Notes: generated by a model not told the origin, from the sequence alone. A stretch of DNA of 64,000 nt from Candidatus Aenigmatarchaeota archaeon (GCA_043808015.1 JAZDFI010000008.1:13271-77270); one strand, 5' to 3'. Numbered from the stretch's first letter, positions 27,507 through 39,439 are shown. Numbers and translations are program-made.

Positions 27507-27964
27507 TGTTTACCACCCTCTGCGTTTATCAGGTTCTCCTTGTCGACCGGAACTATGTATGCAGGGAAGACCATTTTCCTTCCCTCTACAAAAATATGAC
27601 CGTGCGTTATCCTCTGCCTCGCTTCCTTTACGGTCGAGGCGAAGCCTTTCTTGAAAACTAACGTTTGTAATCGGCGGTTAAGAAGCTCTCCAGCCTTGAG
27701 TTGCAGCACCTGGTCGAGGCCCTGTCCCTTCTGGATAAGGCCGATATAAACCAGCCTCTCAAGCAGAATCTGGGTTTTATTCTCGTCTTTCACCGCGATA
27801 AGGCTCCTTGCCCTTCTCCTGAAGTTGCGGACGCGCTCTTCAGCGCTCCATATCTCTCTCTTGCGCCTGAGCCCGAACTCTTTCAGTAATTTGGTTTCAT
27901 CTTCGAGTCTCGCTGAGTCCCATGGCGCTCTCGGCCTTGACAGTTTCTTTTTAAGTCTTCTCAT
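27503..27964 (-). CDS. rps4: Ribosomal protein uS4
   Basis: Archaeal S4 N-terminus ([15 protein letters not shown]) and an S4 RNA-binding domain. Confidence 0.9.
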   Translation of the reverse strand: MRRLKKKLSRPRAPWDSARLEDETKLLKEFGLRRKREIWSAEERVRNFRRRARSLIAVKDENKTQILLERLVYIGLIQKGQGLDQVLQLKAGELLNRRLQTLVFKKGFASTVKEARQRITHGHIFVEGRKMVFPAYIVPVDKENLINAEGGKQ

Positions 27965-27970
27965 AAATCA

Positions 27971-28540
27971 TCACTTCTTGCCTTTGTCTTCCTTTGAACC
28001 GGCACCAGCGCCCGGTTTGGCCTTGCTCCTCTGCACGCCTATCGTGCTGCCGCTCCTGAATGAGCTTCTGGTTCTCTGGCCGCGGACTGGCTGGCCCAAC
28101 GAGTGTCGAACGCCTTTGTAGCATCTTATCTTCTTCAGCCTGTCGATATCGTTCTTCTCAGTCAGATCGAGCTGTGACGTTGTAAGATGGAAAGTGCCAC
28201 CCTTTTCAGGGTCTTTTCTCCTGTTGAACATCCATGAGGGGATTTTGTGCTTATCCATGCTGTTTATGATATCCTCTAGCTTGCTGAGGTCATGCTCGCT
28301 CAGTTCTGACAACTTCTTGTCGCCAAAACCGGATATGTCGGCTATCGCGCGCGACAAAGAATATGATATGCCTGATATGCCCATGATGGCGTGCTGGACC
28401 TTCCTGTTGCCATCGAGATTAGTCTCGCCCAGCCTGATTATGTTTTTTAATCGCTTGTCAGCTCCGAATTCTTTCCTCTCTTCCTTCTTCTTGTCGGTCT
28501 TTTCGACCTTCTCTTTCTTTTGCGCTTTTTCGTCAGCCAT
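27971..28540 (-). CDS. rps13: Ribosomal protein uS13 with K/E-rich N-terminal extension
   Basis: Core IIRLGETNLDGNRKVQHAIMGISGI...CYKGVRHSLGQPVRGQRTRS. Confidence 0.9.
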   Translation of the reverse strand: MADEKAQKKEKVEKTDKKKEERKEFGADKRLKNIIRLGETNLDGNRKVQHAIMGISGISYSLSRAIADISGFGDKKLSELSEHDLSKLEDIINSMDKHKIPSWMFNRRKDPEKGGTFHLTTSQLDLTEKNDIDRLKKIRCYKGVRHSLGQPVRGQRTRSSFRSGSTIGVQRSKAKPGAGAGSKEDKGKK

Positions 28541-28628
28541 GAATACACCGATATATACAGTATGTCAATATGTAAAGACAATTATATAAATGAATATTTA
28601 AATATTCTCCGTTGCCGGTTTTCGGGGA

Positions 28629-29327
28629 CTATGTCACTTTTCTTGCAAATTCCTCAGCTTTTCCCCGCATATCGCTTGCCTGGTATAACGCCCGTCCGAT
28701 TATGGCGTGCCATTCCTTTCCGGCCGCGCGAGCCGCGTCGCTGATGTCGCCGCCCTGCGTTATCATGCCAGGCGAATAGAAAACGGGCTTTACACCTTTT
28801 GTTTCGAGCGTGCGCTTGTATTCGGCTATGCGCTCAGGCTTGTTGCCAGGCACGACGAAGTCGCTTACGCCTAGCGACGCCGCAAGCTCGTATATCGCCT
28901 GGGGCGCGCTGTTGCGTATGAAGCCGCCGTCGCTTTCGAGATATTTGGGGTGGGTCATCTCCCCGCCTATTATCACACCCAAACCCTCTTTCTGCGCGGC
29001 CTCAATCCATCGCCTCTCGGTTTCAGGCCCGGCCTGCGGGAAGAGAATCACAGCATCGACACCTTTGCACGCTTTCATGAACTTCTCACCGGTGTCGGGA
29101 ATGTCCGTCCCGGCCTTCTGGTGATCGTAAATTATCGGCAGTTCCGTGTGCATGCGTATCGTGTGTATGACGCTTTTCATGCCAAAAGGAATTACCAGCT
29201 CGAAGCCGATCTTGTAGCCGCCAATCCCTTTCACATCGCATGTTTCCCTGACCAGTTTATCGAGCGTTTCCAGCGTAGCGACGTCGCAAGCCGGTATTAT
29301 GCTCCTGTCTGCTTTTATTATTTTCAT
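28629..29327 (-). CDS. pyrF: Orotidine 5'-phosphate decarboxylase
   Basis: IIYDHQKAGTDIPDTG (D-x-K-x-x-D-type active site). Last gene of the pyr cluster. ATG at 29327 is preceded by AAGGTGATGAT. Confidence 0.75.
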   Translation of the reverse strand: MKIIKADRSIIPACDVATLETLDKLVRETCDVKGIGGYKIGFELVIPFGMKSVIHTIRMHTELPIIYDHQKAGTDIPDTGEKFMKACKGVDAVILFPQAGPETERRWIEAAQKEGLGVIIGGEMTHPKYLESDGGFIRNSAPQAIYELAASLGVSDFVVPGNKPERIAEYKRTLETKGVKPVFYSPGMITQGGDISDAARAAGKEWHAIIGRALYQASDMRGKAEEFARKVT

Positions 29328-29363
29328 ATCATCACCTTTCCATTTTTGCCATTGCAATTACTT

Positions 29364-30011
29364 TTATTCGAAACCCATTTTTCTGCCCCAGTTCGGAGGA
29401 TCCTTGTTCCATTCCAGAGCCTTGGAGGCCTCGTCGTGACTTATGTATTTCATATCACCCGCCACGCTTATCAGCGTCGTGAAGTCGCTCAGGGGGATGA
29501 GCTCGCATTTCGCCTGGATAAACGCGGCTTTCGCCTTCGCCATCTCGTATGTGAATATCGCCAGGCAATGCTCGACCACGCCTCCTTGGTCGCGCACGGC
29601 TTCGACGCCTGCGATGCTGGAGCCACCCGTCGAGATGAGATCCTCGACTATCAGTACTCGCTGTCCGCGCTCCATCTTCCCTTCGATCAAATTCTCCTTG
29701 CCGTGGTCTTTCGCTTCCTTGCGTATGTAAATCATGGGCTTGCCCAGTTTCTCGGCCAGCCACGCTGCATGCGGAATGCCAGATGAAGCGATGCCCGCGA
29801 CTATGTCGAAATCGAGCTTCCGCTCTTTGACGACTTTTGCAAAATAATCGACTATCATGGCGCGCTTATCGGGGTAGGACATTACAAGACGGTTGTCGCA
29901 GTAAATCGGGCTGAGTATGCCTGACGCGTATCGATAAGGCTTCTGCGGATTAAGCGTGACAGCCTTTATTTCAAGCAGAATCTTCGCGACGTCTTTTGCT
30001 ATATCACCCAT
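29364..30011 (-). CDS. pyrE: Orotate phosphoribosyltransferase
   Basis: PRPP-binding motif VLIVEDLISTGGS. Confidence 0.85.
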   Translation of the reverse strand: MGDIAKDVAKILLEIKAVTLNPQKPYRYASGILSPIYCDNRLVMSYPDKRAMIVDYFAKVVKERKLDFDIVAGIASSGIPHAAWLAEKLGKPMIYIRKEAKDHGKENLIEGKMERGQRVLIVEDLISTGGSSIAGVEAVRDQGGVVEHCLAIFTYEMAKAKAAFIQAKCELIPLSDFTTLISVAGDMKYISHDEASKALEWNKDPPNWGRKMGFE

Positions 30012-31203
30012 AAACTATCCCCCTCCCCTTGTTTTTCACGACATCACCATCATCGAAAACTATTTTTCCTCTCACGATGGTTTTCACCGGCCAGCCGCGT
30101 ACCTCGAAGCCGTCGAAAGGCGACCAGCCGCATTTCGTGCGCATCTCGTCGTTCCTGATTTTTTTCTGGGCCTTCATGTCCACTATCACGAAATCAGCGT
30201 CATACCCCTTTTTTATGAAGCCCTTGTTTTTGAGCCTGAAAATTTTTGCAGGGTTCTCGCACATGGTCCCGACCAAACGCCTCAGCGTGAGCCTGCGCTT
30301 GTTGACAGCGTCCAGCATTAGCGGAAGGCGCGTTTCGACGCCTGGCACGCCGTATAAATCGCCGGCTTCCTTTTCCTCGATGGTATGCGGCGCGTGATCG
30401 CTGCCTATCGTGTCTATCAGTCCAGCGTTAAGCGAATCCCAGAGCGCGCGCCTGTCGCTCTCGTTCTTGAGCGACGGCTTCATGCGGATGAGCTGCGTCT
30501 GGTCGGTCTCGGTCAGGAAAAGGTGGTGCGGCGTAACTTCGGCGAAAACGTTTTTGCCGTGGTTTTCCTTGACGTATTCCAGTTCGTTAAGTGTGCTCAC
30601 ATGACAAAGATAAAATTTCTTCTTCAGCTTTTCGGATATTTCTATCGCCTTCCTGGCGTTACGTCCCTCCGCGTGAATGGTGCACATGCGGGACGCCGCG
30701 ATTATGCCGCTGATTATTTTATCGTCCTGTATCAGCATGTTGCCCGTGGAAGCGTCCATGAAAATTTTCGTGGATGCGGCTTCCCCTGATTTTTCAACCT
30801 TATTGATTTCCTTTATGTTGTCAGCAGACGATCCGAAATGAAAACCGAAATCAACTATAGACTTGCTGGAGGCGAGCGAGATTTTTTCCTCAAGAAGCTT
30901 TCCCGTGAGAGTCGGTGGTTTCGTGTTCGGCATGTCCAGCACACTGGTTACCCCGCCCGCGGCTGCCGCCTGGCTGCCTGTCCTGAAATCCTCCTTGTGC
31001 GTCAGGCCGGGTTCGCGGAAATGGACGTGAGGGTCTATGGAGCCCGGAAGGATTAGCATATCGCTAGCGTTTATCGTCTCGTCCGCGGCTGTCTTGCCAC
31101 TGAATATTTTTTTGATGGTGCCGTTTTCAACTAGAATGTTTTTCCTGACAATCCTGCCGTCGATATAGACCATGCCGTTCTGGATAAAAAGCGTGTCGCT
31201 CAT
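30004..31203 (-). CDS. pyrC: Dihydroorotase
   Basis: PGSIDPHVHFREPG metal-binding motif and DHAPH. The start MSDTLF (ATG 31203) overlaps the pyrK stop as ATGA. Confidence 0.85.
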   Translation of the reverse strand: MSDTLFIQNGMVYIDGRIVRKNILVENGTIKKIFSGKTAADETINASDMLILPGSIDPHVHFREPGLTHKEDFRTGSQAAAAGGVTSVLDMPNTKPPTLTGKLLEEKISLASSKSIVDFGFHFGSSADNIKEINKVEKSGEAASTKIFMDASTGNMLIQDDKIISGIIAASRMCTIHAEGRNARKAIEISEKLKKKFYLCHVSTLNELEYVKENHGKNVFAEVTPHHLFLTETDQTQLIRMKPSLKNESDRRALWDSLNAGLIDTIGSDHAPHTIEEKEAGDLYGVPGVETRLPLMLDAVNKRRLTLRRLVGTMCENPAKIFRLKNKGFIKKGYDADFVIVDMKAQKKIRNDEMRTKCGWSPFDGFEVRGWPVKTIVRGKIVFDDGDVVKNKGRGIVYG

Positions 31204-31997
31204 TGGCATCTCCATCTGGCGTAATCGCTTATCGCGACTTTCTCGCCGCTCTTCAGGCGCGCGAAGGCGCCGAAGTCCTTTATCTTCCTGAGCTGTTCGC
31301 TAGCGAAAACGGGACCGTCCTTGCACACGCGTAAACCATCGGCTTCGCACTGGCCGCAGACGCCGAAGCCGCATTTCATGAAGCGCTCGAGGCTCGCCTC
31401 GCATTCGATTCCGTTCCGTTCGCATATCTCGAATACGCGCTTCATCATTATCTCGGGGCCGCACGTGTAAACGATGCTGAATTTCTTTTTCGCCAGTTGC
31501 GCTTCGAGAACGTCGGTGACGAAGCCCTTCGTCCCGGCAGTGCCGTCGTCCGTCGTTATGTTCGCGCCTTTAAAGCGCCCTTTGAAAATTATCCTGTCTT
31601 GCGACCTCGCTCCCTGGATGACGAGCGGGTTTTTCAGGCGCTCTATGAGCGTCGATAGCGGCGCGACGCCGCAGCCCCCGGCGACGACGCATGCGTCCGC
31701 CTTCAGCGTGAATCCATTGCCATACGGGCCGCGAATGCCTATCTTATTCCCAATTTTCATGCTGAAAAGCGCGTTCGTGAACTTGCCTTTCTCCTCGACT
31801 GTTATCGCCGTCTTATTGCCGGCGTAGGAGAGCGAAAACGGCTTTTCGTCCAGGCCCGGAAGCCATACCATTACGAATTGTCCTGGTTGCGCAACGATTT
31901 TCTTATTGATGAAAAAAGTCCTGACGTAAGGATTCTCGTACACGACTTTTGTTATCTTCACCATCTCAGGCAGTTCCGGTTTTTTGCAGTTATCCAT
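31200..31997 (-). CDS. pyrK: Dihydroorotate dehydrogenase electron-transfer subunit
   Basis: FAD/NAD-binding fold and a C-terminal 2Fe-2S motif (CGFGVCGQCEADGLRVC). ATG at 31997 overlaps the pyrD stop by 8 nt. Confidence 0.8.
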   Translation of the reverse strand: MDNCKKPELPEMVKITKVVYENPYVRTFFINKKIVAQPGQFVMVWLPGLDEKPFSLSYAGNKTAITVEEKGKFTNALFSMKIGNKIGIRGPYGNGFTLKADACVVAGGCGVAPLSTLIERLKNPLVIQGARSQDRIIFKGRFKGANITTDDGTAGTKGFVTDVLEAQLAKKKFSIVYTCGPEIMMKRVFEICERNGIECEASLERFMKCGFGVCGQCEADGLRVCKDGPVFASEQLRKIKDFGAFARLKSGEKVAISDYARWRCQ

Positions 31998-32901
31998 GGG
32001 CGGCACCTATTATTTCATCGAAGCGCTCGTATCCGTTCTCGTACATCCACTCGCTCATCTCGGAGCAGATTTTTTTGAAAACATCCATACCCCTGTAATG
32101 CACGGCCGAGCCTACGCCTATCGCCGTCGCGCCCGCCATCATAATCTCAATCGCATCCCGCCCTGTCGCGACTCCGCCGGTTCCTATTATCGGAATTTTG
32201 ACGCTTTCGTAAATGTCGTAGACGCAGCGGACAGCGACCGGCTTTAGCGCCGGTCCGGAAACGCCGCCCATCCTGAAGCCGAGAACCGGCGTCTTCGCGT
32301 CTATGTTTATTATCATGCCGGGACCCATCGTGTTGACAGCCGTTATAGCAGACGCTCCTGCCTTTTCAGCTGCCCTGGCGACGTCTCCGATGTTCCTCGT
32401 GATGGGTGATAGCTTTACGAAAACAGGAAGCTTGGTCTTCTTTATCACGGCTTTCACTATCTCGTGCGTCTTCTCGGGCGTGTCCTGTCCGGCGAGAGTG
32501 CCGAAGCCCGGGGTGTGAGGACATGAAAGCGGAATTTCTATCGCGGAGAACTCGAGACCTTCCAGCGCCTCGGCGACTTTCTCGAATTCGTCAACGTCCT
32601 GCCCTATCATGCTGGCGAAGACGGGAGCGCCCAGTTTTTTCAAACCAGTGAACTCTTTTTTCGCGTTGCTGGCGCCGGGATTCGAATAGCCTACCGCGTT
32701 CATGAGGCCGGCGTCGAAGGCGATGACAGTCGGGTTCTTGTGGCCCTCCCTGGGTTCGAGGGAAATCGATTTTATCGTCACTGCGCCGGCGCCGTTTCTT
32801 ATGACTTCAGAAAGAAGCGAACGTGAAACGCCAAGAATGCCGGAAGCAAGGATTATGGGGTTCGCGAGCTTTATGCCGCAGAGGTTCGTTTCAAGGTTCA
32901 T
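31990..32901 (-). CDS. pyrD: Dihydroorotate dehydrogenase catalytic subunit (class 1B)
   Basis: LANPIILASG, NTMGPG and GGVSGPALKPVA motifs. Confidence 0.9.
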   Translation of the reverse strand: MNLETNLCGIKLANPIILASGILGVSRSLLSEVIRNGAGAVTIKSISLEPREGHKNPTVIAFDAGLMNAVGYSNPGASNAKKEFTGLKKLGAPVFASMIGQDVDEFEKVAEALEGLEFSAIEIPLSCPHTPGFGTLAGQDTPEKTHEIVKAVIKKTKLPVFVKLSPITRNIGDVARAAEKAGASAITAVNTMGPGMIINIDAKTPVLGFRMGGVSGPALKPVAVRCVYDIYESVKIPIIGTGGVATGRDAIEIMMAGATAIGVGSAVHYRGMDVFKKICSEMSEWMYENGYERFDEIIGAAHG

Positions 32902-32911
32902 GCCTCTCTTC

Positions 32912-34365
<1,454 letters not shown>

Positions 34366-34501
34366 TTATTAATTCTGCCGGTATGACAAGCAGTTGCATG
34401 CACTACAAGTTGGTGGGCAATAATACGAAAATGCTCGAAATTTATATTAATAATACAATATAATTAACTAACTTTGTATGGTTAGTGTGAGAGGTGTGTT
34501 T

Positions 34502-35671
34502 ATGAAAAAAGAGATGTTATCGGTTTTCGTGATTGGAGCGTTCATGCTTACAATCATGTCTTCGGTCTTCGCGGCCACGATGGTGACAGGGGGTCTGCAA
34601 ATAATACTAACACGGCAGAATCCGTACCCCGTCGAGCCTGGTCAGGTCGTGGACATAGAAATCTCGCTGCAGAACAACGGTTACGCCGAGGCGCAGAATA
34701 TCATACTTGAGATAAATCCCAATAATCCGTTCACGCTTTTGCCTGGTCAGGAGAAGATCAAAAGCTTTTCCAGAATAGCCGCTCGCGATCATGTCACGGC
34801 GACTTACAAGCTGCTCGTCGCTCAGGATGCGATAACCAACAACTACGAGCTCGATTTCAAATATTACCAGCCTGGCAGCACCGACGTGCAGAGTACGGAC
34901 AAGGTGATCATACATGTCCAGGGAAAGCCGAAGCTCGTGCTGGACGGCATAGTAACGGATCCTGTTGAAATACAACCAGGCGACACAGTTACTATAAAGA
35001 CCATGGTAAAGAACATGGGAACCGGTTCAGCATCGCTGACAGAAGCGGTTCTTTTTTCCAACACGTCGTACATACTCCCGGTTTTTTCAGGCGGCATGTA
35101 TTTCATTGGTGAAATAAATCCGGGACGGACAGTCGAGGCGACTTTCACCATGAGCATAGACAATTCCGCCGAATACAAAAACTACCCGAGCATGCTCACG
35201 CTTTCTTACAAGGACGAAAGCGGCAATGACCAGACTACAAGCTTCTACATCGGCATGCCGGTAAGAGGAAGCCCCGTAATAGAGATATTGAATGCTAAAG
35301 TGGAAGGCTCGGACTTCAAGGTTGACCTTGAGAACATAGGCACTGCCAATGCGAAAGCGCTTAAGATATCGCTGGTCCAGTCAGGGCAGGTAAAGGACTC
35401 GCAAATCGCTAGCGAGTTGCGACCGTCGAAGCAGAAGACGCTGCGTTTCCGCGGCTTCGAGTACGGCAATGCGATAATAAACATTTCCTATCTGGACGAG
35501 AGCAACGAGTTTTTCAGCAACGAGATTCCGCTTTCGATTGCCCAGTCGGCATACGCCGAAGAACAGTCTGGGAATGGCGGCCTCTCGCCGCTGATACCGG
35601 TGCTGATAGTGGTCGTGGTGCTGGAAAGCTATTACGTGTGGAGACTGCGCAAAAAGTCCGGCAGTAAATAA
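34502..35671 (+). CDS. Secreted, C-terminally anchored surface protein with CARDB/COG1361-like repeats
   Basis: Signal-like MKKEMLSVFVIGAFMLTIMSSVFA follows the RBS GAGAGGTGTG. Three beta-sandwich repeats (for example PVEPGQVVDIEISLQNNGYAEAQNI) and a C-terminal TM (LIPVLIVVVVL) followed by basic residues. Confidence 0.6.
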   Translation: MKKEMLSVFVIGAFMLTIMSSVFAATMVTGGLQIILTRQNPYPVEPGQVVDIEISLQNNGYAEAQNIILEINPNNPFTLLPGQEKIKSFSRIAARDHVTATYKLLVAQDAITNNYELDFKYYQPGSTDVQSTDKVIIHVQGKPKLVLDGIVTDPVEIQPGDTVTIKTMVKNMGTGSASLTEAVLFSNTSYILPVFSGGMYFIGEINPGRTVEATFTMSIDNSAEYKNYPSMLTLSYKDESGNDQTTSFYIGMPVRGSPVIEILNAKVEGSDFKVDLENIGTANAKALKISLVQSGQVKDSQIASELRPSKQKTLRFRGFEYGNAIINISYLDESNEFFSNEIPLSIAQSAYAEEQSGNGGLSPLIPVLIVVVVLESYYVWRLRKKSGSK

Positions 35672-35690
35672 GCCATAGCGCCGCTCCAGG

Positions 35691-36377
35691 ATGGTAAGCA
35701 TGAAAAAGGTAATGTTTGAGCTGAAGGACGTCTGGAAGGTTTACTGCATGAAAGGCGCCGAAACGCAGGCGCTGAGAGACATAAGCCTGAAGATAGAGAA
35801 CGGCGAATACATAGCGATAGTCGGCCAGTCCGGCTCCGGCAAATCGACGCTCATGCACGTTATCGGGTGCCTCGACACACCCACGCGCGGCAGCGTAGTC
35901 GTCGACGGGAAAGAGATATCAGAACTCGAGGACGACGATCTTGCCAAGATAAGAAGAGAGAAGATAGGCTTCGTTTTCCAGGCTTTCAACCTTATAGGCA
36001 GTTTGACGGCGGCGGAAAATGTAGCGATGCCCATGAGGTTCAGCGGCTACGGAAAAGCGGAATCCATCAAAAAGGCAAAGGAGCTTCTCAAGAGGGTCGG
36101 CCTCGAAAAGCGAGTGGATCACAAACCAAACCAGCTTTCCGGCGGAGAGCAGCAGAGGGTCGCGATTTGCCGCGCCCTGGCGAACGACCCGGAAGTCATA
36201 CTTGCGGACGAGCCAACGGGCAACCTCGACAGCAGGTCCGGCAGCGAAATAATCGAACTTATTGAAGAACTTCACAAGTCGGGCAAGACTATAATAATAG
36301 TCACCCACGACCAGAGCCTTGCAAGGCGCGCGAAAAGGCAGATAAAACTGAAGGACGGACAGATAGTGAATGAATAG
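35691..36377 (+). CDS. ABC transporter ATP-binding protein (MacB/LolD-type)
   Basis: Walker [10 protein letters not shown], signature LSGGEQQRV, Walker [12 protein letters not shown]. Confidence 0.9.
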   Translation: MVSMKKVMFELKDVWKVYCMKGAETQALRDISLKIENGEYIAIVGQSGSGKSTLMHVIGCLDTPTRGSVVVDGKEISELEDDDLAKIRREKIGFVFQAFNLIGSLTAAENVAMPMRFSGYGKAESIKKAKELLKRVGLEKRVDHKPNQLSGGEQQRVAICRALANDPEVILADEPTGNLDSRSGSEIIELIEELHKSGKTIIIVTHDQSLARRAKRQIKLKDGQIVNE

Positions 36378-36379
36378 TT

Positions 36380-37507
36380 ATGATCGACTTTGCGCTAAAG
36401 GACCTGAAGGGTCACAGGGTTAGAACAATTCTCACCGGACTAGGCATACTCATAGCCATAACGGCAATCGTTTCTCTTGGTTCCATATCGGCCGGCATAA
36501 ACGAGATGGTCACATCGACCACGAGCAAAGTTGGTTCCGATACGATTTTCATCATGAAAACTTTTGATATGTCATCGATGTCCGGCCCGCCCACGTCTTG
36601 GCAGATAAGCGACATAAGCCAGGAGGACGTCGAAGCCATAAAATCCATTTCCGGCATCAAGCGCGCGGTCCCTGTTCTTTCAAAGAGCATGGGCGGCATC
36701 ATGGAAGTCGACGCTATCGACATAGACAACCTCGACATTTTCGGCGCTGACGACCTCACGTTCAAGGAAGGCTCGATGCCCGGGAACGATGATCAGGGAG
36801 CGGCGCTAGGATACACCGCTGCCAAAATTCTCGGCGTGAGCTCCGGCGACTACATAACGCTGAACAAAAAAGAAGTCGAAGTGATGGGCGTCGTCGAGGA
36901 AGGATACGGGTCTTATGACCTTGTCATACTTCTGCCTTACAAATACGGCGAGGAGATTTACGACGCAGAGGGCGAAGCCACGCAAGTCATGGTGGAGCCG
37001 CAGGACGTCTCTCTTGTCGATGAAATAAAAAATACAGTCAAGGATGAATTCGATGGGCTTGACGCCATGACCATGGAGGACGCGCTCTCCATGTCGAAAC
37101 AGATGACCCAGACGCTCGACATCATGACACTGGGCATAGGTTTCATCGCATCGCTCGTCGCTGCAATAGGCATCATAATAACGATGTATACGTCCGTTCT
37201 CGAGCGACGAAGGCAACTGGGCATAATGAAAGCCGTAGGCGCGCTGAGAAGAACGATAATGAAGCAGATACTCGAAGAAGCGCTTTTGATTTCGCTGGTA
37301 AGCAGCATGATCGGCCTCGGCATATCTTTCGTTTTCGTGGACCTGATAAACAACGTCCTGCTCGGCGGGACGAAAATAGCGACCATAACGCCGCTCCTTG
37401 GCATAGGGGCGGTCGCGTATGGCGTGATGATTACAATCATATCCAGTCTGTATCCGGCATGGGTGGCGGTTAAAATCGACCCCATAGAGGCGATAAGAAA
37501 GGGTTAG
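36380..37507 (+). CDS. ABC transporter permease, FtsX/MacB-type
   Basis: N-terminal TM, a large extracytoplasmic domain, and a C-terminal 3-TM FtsX-like module. Confidence 0.8.
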   Translation: MIDFALKDLKGHRVRTILTGLGILIAITAIVSLGSISAGINEMVTSTTSKVGSDTIFIMKTFDMSSMSGPPTSWQISDISQEDVEAIKSISGIKRAVPVLSKSMGGIMEVDAIDIDNLDIFGADDLTFKEGSMPGNDDQGAALGYTAAKILGVSSGDYITLNKKEVEVMGVVEEGYGSYDLVILLPYKYGEEIYDAEGEATQVMVEPQDVSLVDEIKNTVKDEFDGLDAMTMEDALSMSKQMTQTLDIMTLGIGFIASLVAAIGIIITMYTSVLERRRQLGIMKAVGALRRTIMKQILEEALLISLVSSMIGLGISFVFVDLINNVLLGGTKIATITPLLGIGAVAYGVMITIISSLYPAWVAVKIDPIEAIRKG

Positions 37508-37508
37508 C

Positions 37509-38615
37509 ATGCTTTGGGAAAATATTTTAAGGGAATTCGGAAGGCATAAGTTCAGGACAGCGCTAACGATACTCGGCGTTATGATAGGCATATTCCTCGT
37601 AACCAGCGTTTCCTCATTTTCCGAGGGGATAATCTACTACGTCAACGACCAGATAAAAGTGACGTCCGGCCTTATCACAGTCCACCAGAGCGACATCGCC
37701 GGTTTCAACATACAGGCCAGCGAGATAGACCAGGCCCTCGTGAGCGACGTGGAAGGCATATCCGGCGTGGAAAAGGTCGCGCCCATACTTTACGCTAACA
37801 TAGACGGCGTCGGCACCGCGATAGGCATATCAAAAGAAGGAGAAAACATACTGCGCGGCGTTAACATGGAGATAGAAGAAGGACGGGATTTCAGCGAGGG
37901 ACAAAAAGAAGTTGTTGCAGGAAAGACGTTCGCGGACAACAGCAATTACGTGGTCGGCGACCTGATCAAAATTGAAAACACGGAATTCGAGATAGTAGGC
38001 ATACTGCAGAAGACGGGCAGGAGCGACATCGACAACGCGATAAATCTTGACCTGGCCGAGCTGCAGGACGCCACCGGTAAAAAAGACATGATAACCCTGA
38101 TGATGATACAACCGTCGACACCCGAAGACGCGGATTACATAGAGCAGGCGGTCAACGACAATTTCGACGAGATAGAGGCGATGACGGACAAGAGCATAAT
38201 GAATTCGGTCAATGACATGCTGGGTCAGCTCAACGCGCTCACGTTCGCGCTAGGCAGCATAGCCGCTCTCATTTCCGGCATAGTGATAATGAACGTGATG
38301 ATAATCGCCGTGCGCGAGAGACGCAGGGAGATAGGAACGATGAAAGCGATAGGAGCGACCAACCGCCAGGTGTTACTATCGATTCTTTTGGAATCGATAA
38401 CCATAAGCCTCATCGGAGCGGTGATAGGCGTGGCCTTGAGTTTCGGAGGAGCGGCTTTCATCAACAGCATATTGTTCAGTCCCATCGCCCTCATAACGCC
38501 GCGCCTCATGCTACAGAGCATTCTATTCGCGACTTTCATAGGCGCTGTTTCGGGCATCGTTCCCGCAAGACAGGCCGCAAAACTCAATCCCATAGAATCG
38601 CTGAGATACGAATGA
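37509..38615 (+). CDS. ABC transporter permease, FtsX/MacB-type (second)
   Basis: Same architecture as the preceding gene (REIGTMKAIGATNRQV). Starts 1 nt after the previous stop. Confidence 0.8.
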   Translation: MLWENILREFGRHKFRTALTILGVMIGIFLVTSVSSFSEGIIYYVNDQIKVTSGLITVHQSDIAGFNIQASEIDQALVSDVEGISGVEKVAPILYANIDGVGTAIGISKEGENILRGVNMEIEEGRDFSEGQKEVVAGKTFADNSNYVVGDLIKIENTEFEIVGILQKTGRSDIDNAINLDLAELQDATGKKDMITLMMIQPSTPEDADYIEQAVNDNFDEIEAMTDKSIMNSVNDMLGQLNALTFALGSIAALISGIVIMNVMIIAVRERRREIGTMKAIGATNRQVLLSILLESITISLIGAVIGVALSFGGAAFINSILFSPIALITPRLMLQSILFATFIGAVSGIVPARQAAKLNPIESLRYE

Positions 38616-38619
38616 ATTT

Positions 38620-39387
38620 TTAGTGGCCTTCGAAAACAATTTTCATAACAAGTATTACAGCTATTCCCATTATCAGCATCGCAACCTGGATGAACGACTT
38701 CTTTTTGTCGCTGCTGCTACGATGAAGCTCCGGTATCAGGTCCGAAGCGGCGATGTATATGAAACCTCCGGCCGCGAAAGGCACGAGAAAAATCGCTAGG
38801 TTATCAGCGAAGTAGCTTGCAATTATAGCCACCGCGGCTCCTGCGACCGCTGTCAGCGCGGTCATGAAGTTCATCATCAGCGCCTTTTTGCGCTTGAAAC
38901 CGCCGTGCATGAGCACGCCGAAGTCGCCTATCTCCTGAGGTATTTCATGGAGTATTACGGCGAACGTTGTAGTGATGCCCAGCGGCACGGAGACGAGATA
39001 GCTGGCGCCTATTATCAGACCGTCTATGAAGTTGTGCACGCTGTCGCCTACCAGATTCATGTAAGCGAACGGGTGAGGATGGGATTCGCTGGTCGGCACG
39101 TGGCAGTGGCGCCAGTGCACGAATTTTTCGACCACGAAAAAGATAATCATGCCCGACAATAACGATATCGATATCTCAAGGCCGAAACCCGACGCTTCGA
39201 CGGCTTCCGGTAGCAGGTGTATGAAAGCGCCGCCCAGCAATCCGCCTGCCGAGAATCCCACGAGATAAAGCAGTATTTTTGACAGTTTCTCTTCCTTTAT
39301 GGAAATCGTTATTACGCCTATTAGCGAAATGGCGCTGACAATCAGAACACTCGCGATTGCGTAGAACCAGGTTTCCAGCAAAACCAT
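38620..39387 (-). CDS. ZIP-family divalent metal transporter
   Basis: HNFIDGLIIG and HEIPQEIGDFGVL motifs; 8 TMs. Confidence 0.8.
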   Translation of the reverse strand: MVLLETWFYAIASVLIVSAISLIGVITISIKEEKLSKILLYLVGFSAGGLLGGAFIHLLPEAVEASGFGLEISISLLSGMIIFFVVEKFVHWRHCHVPTSESHPHPFAYMNLVGDSVHNFIDGLIIGASYLVSVPLGITTTFAVILHEIPQEIGDFGVLMHGGFKRKKALMMNFMTALTAVAGAAVAIIASYFADNLAIFLVPFAAGGFIYIAASDLIPELHRSSSDKKKSFIQVAMLIMGIAVILVMKIVFEGH

Positions 39388-39439
39388 GCAAACTATTATT
39401 ATTTTCTTCTATAAAAGCGCGCTCGAATTTAATATCTAT

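Noticed and set aside
28950-29786. 278-aa plus-strand ORF
   Set aside because: It is antisense to pyrF and pyrE, which have clear active-site motifs. It is a typical long shadow ORF.
36806-37591. 261-aa minus-strand ORF (and 36958..37485)
   Set aside because: It is antisense to the FtsX-type permease genes. The composition is His/Arg/Tyr-rich with no domain.
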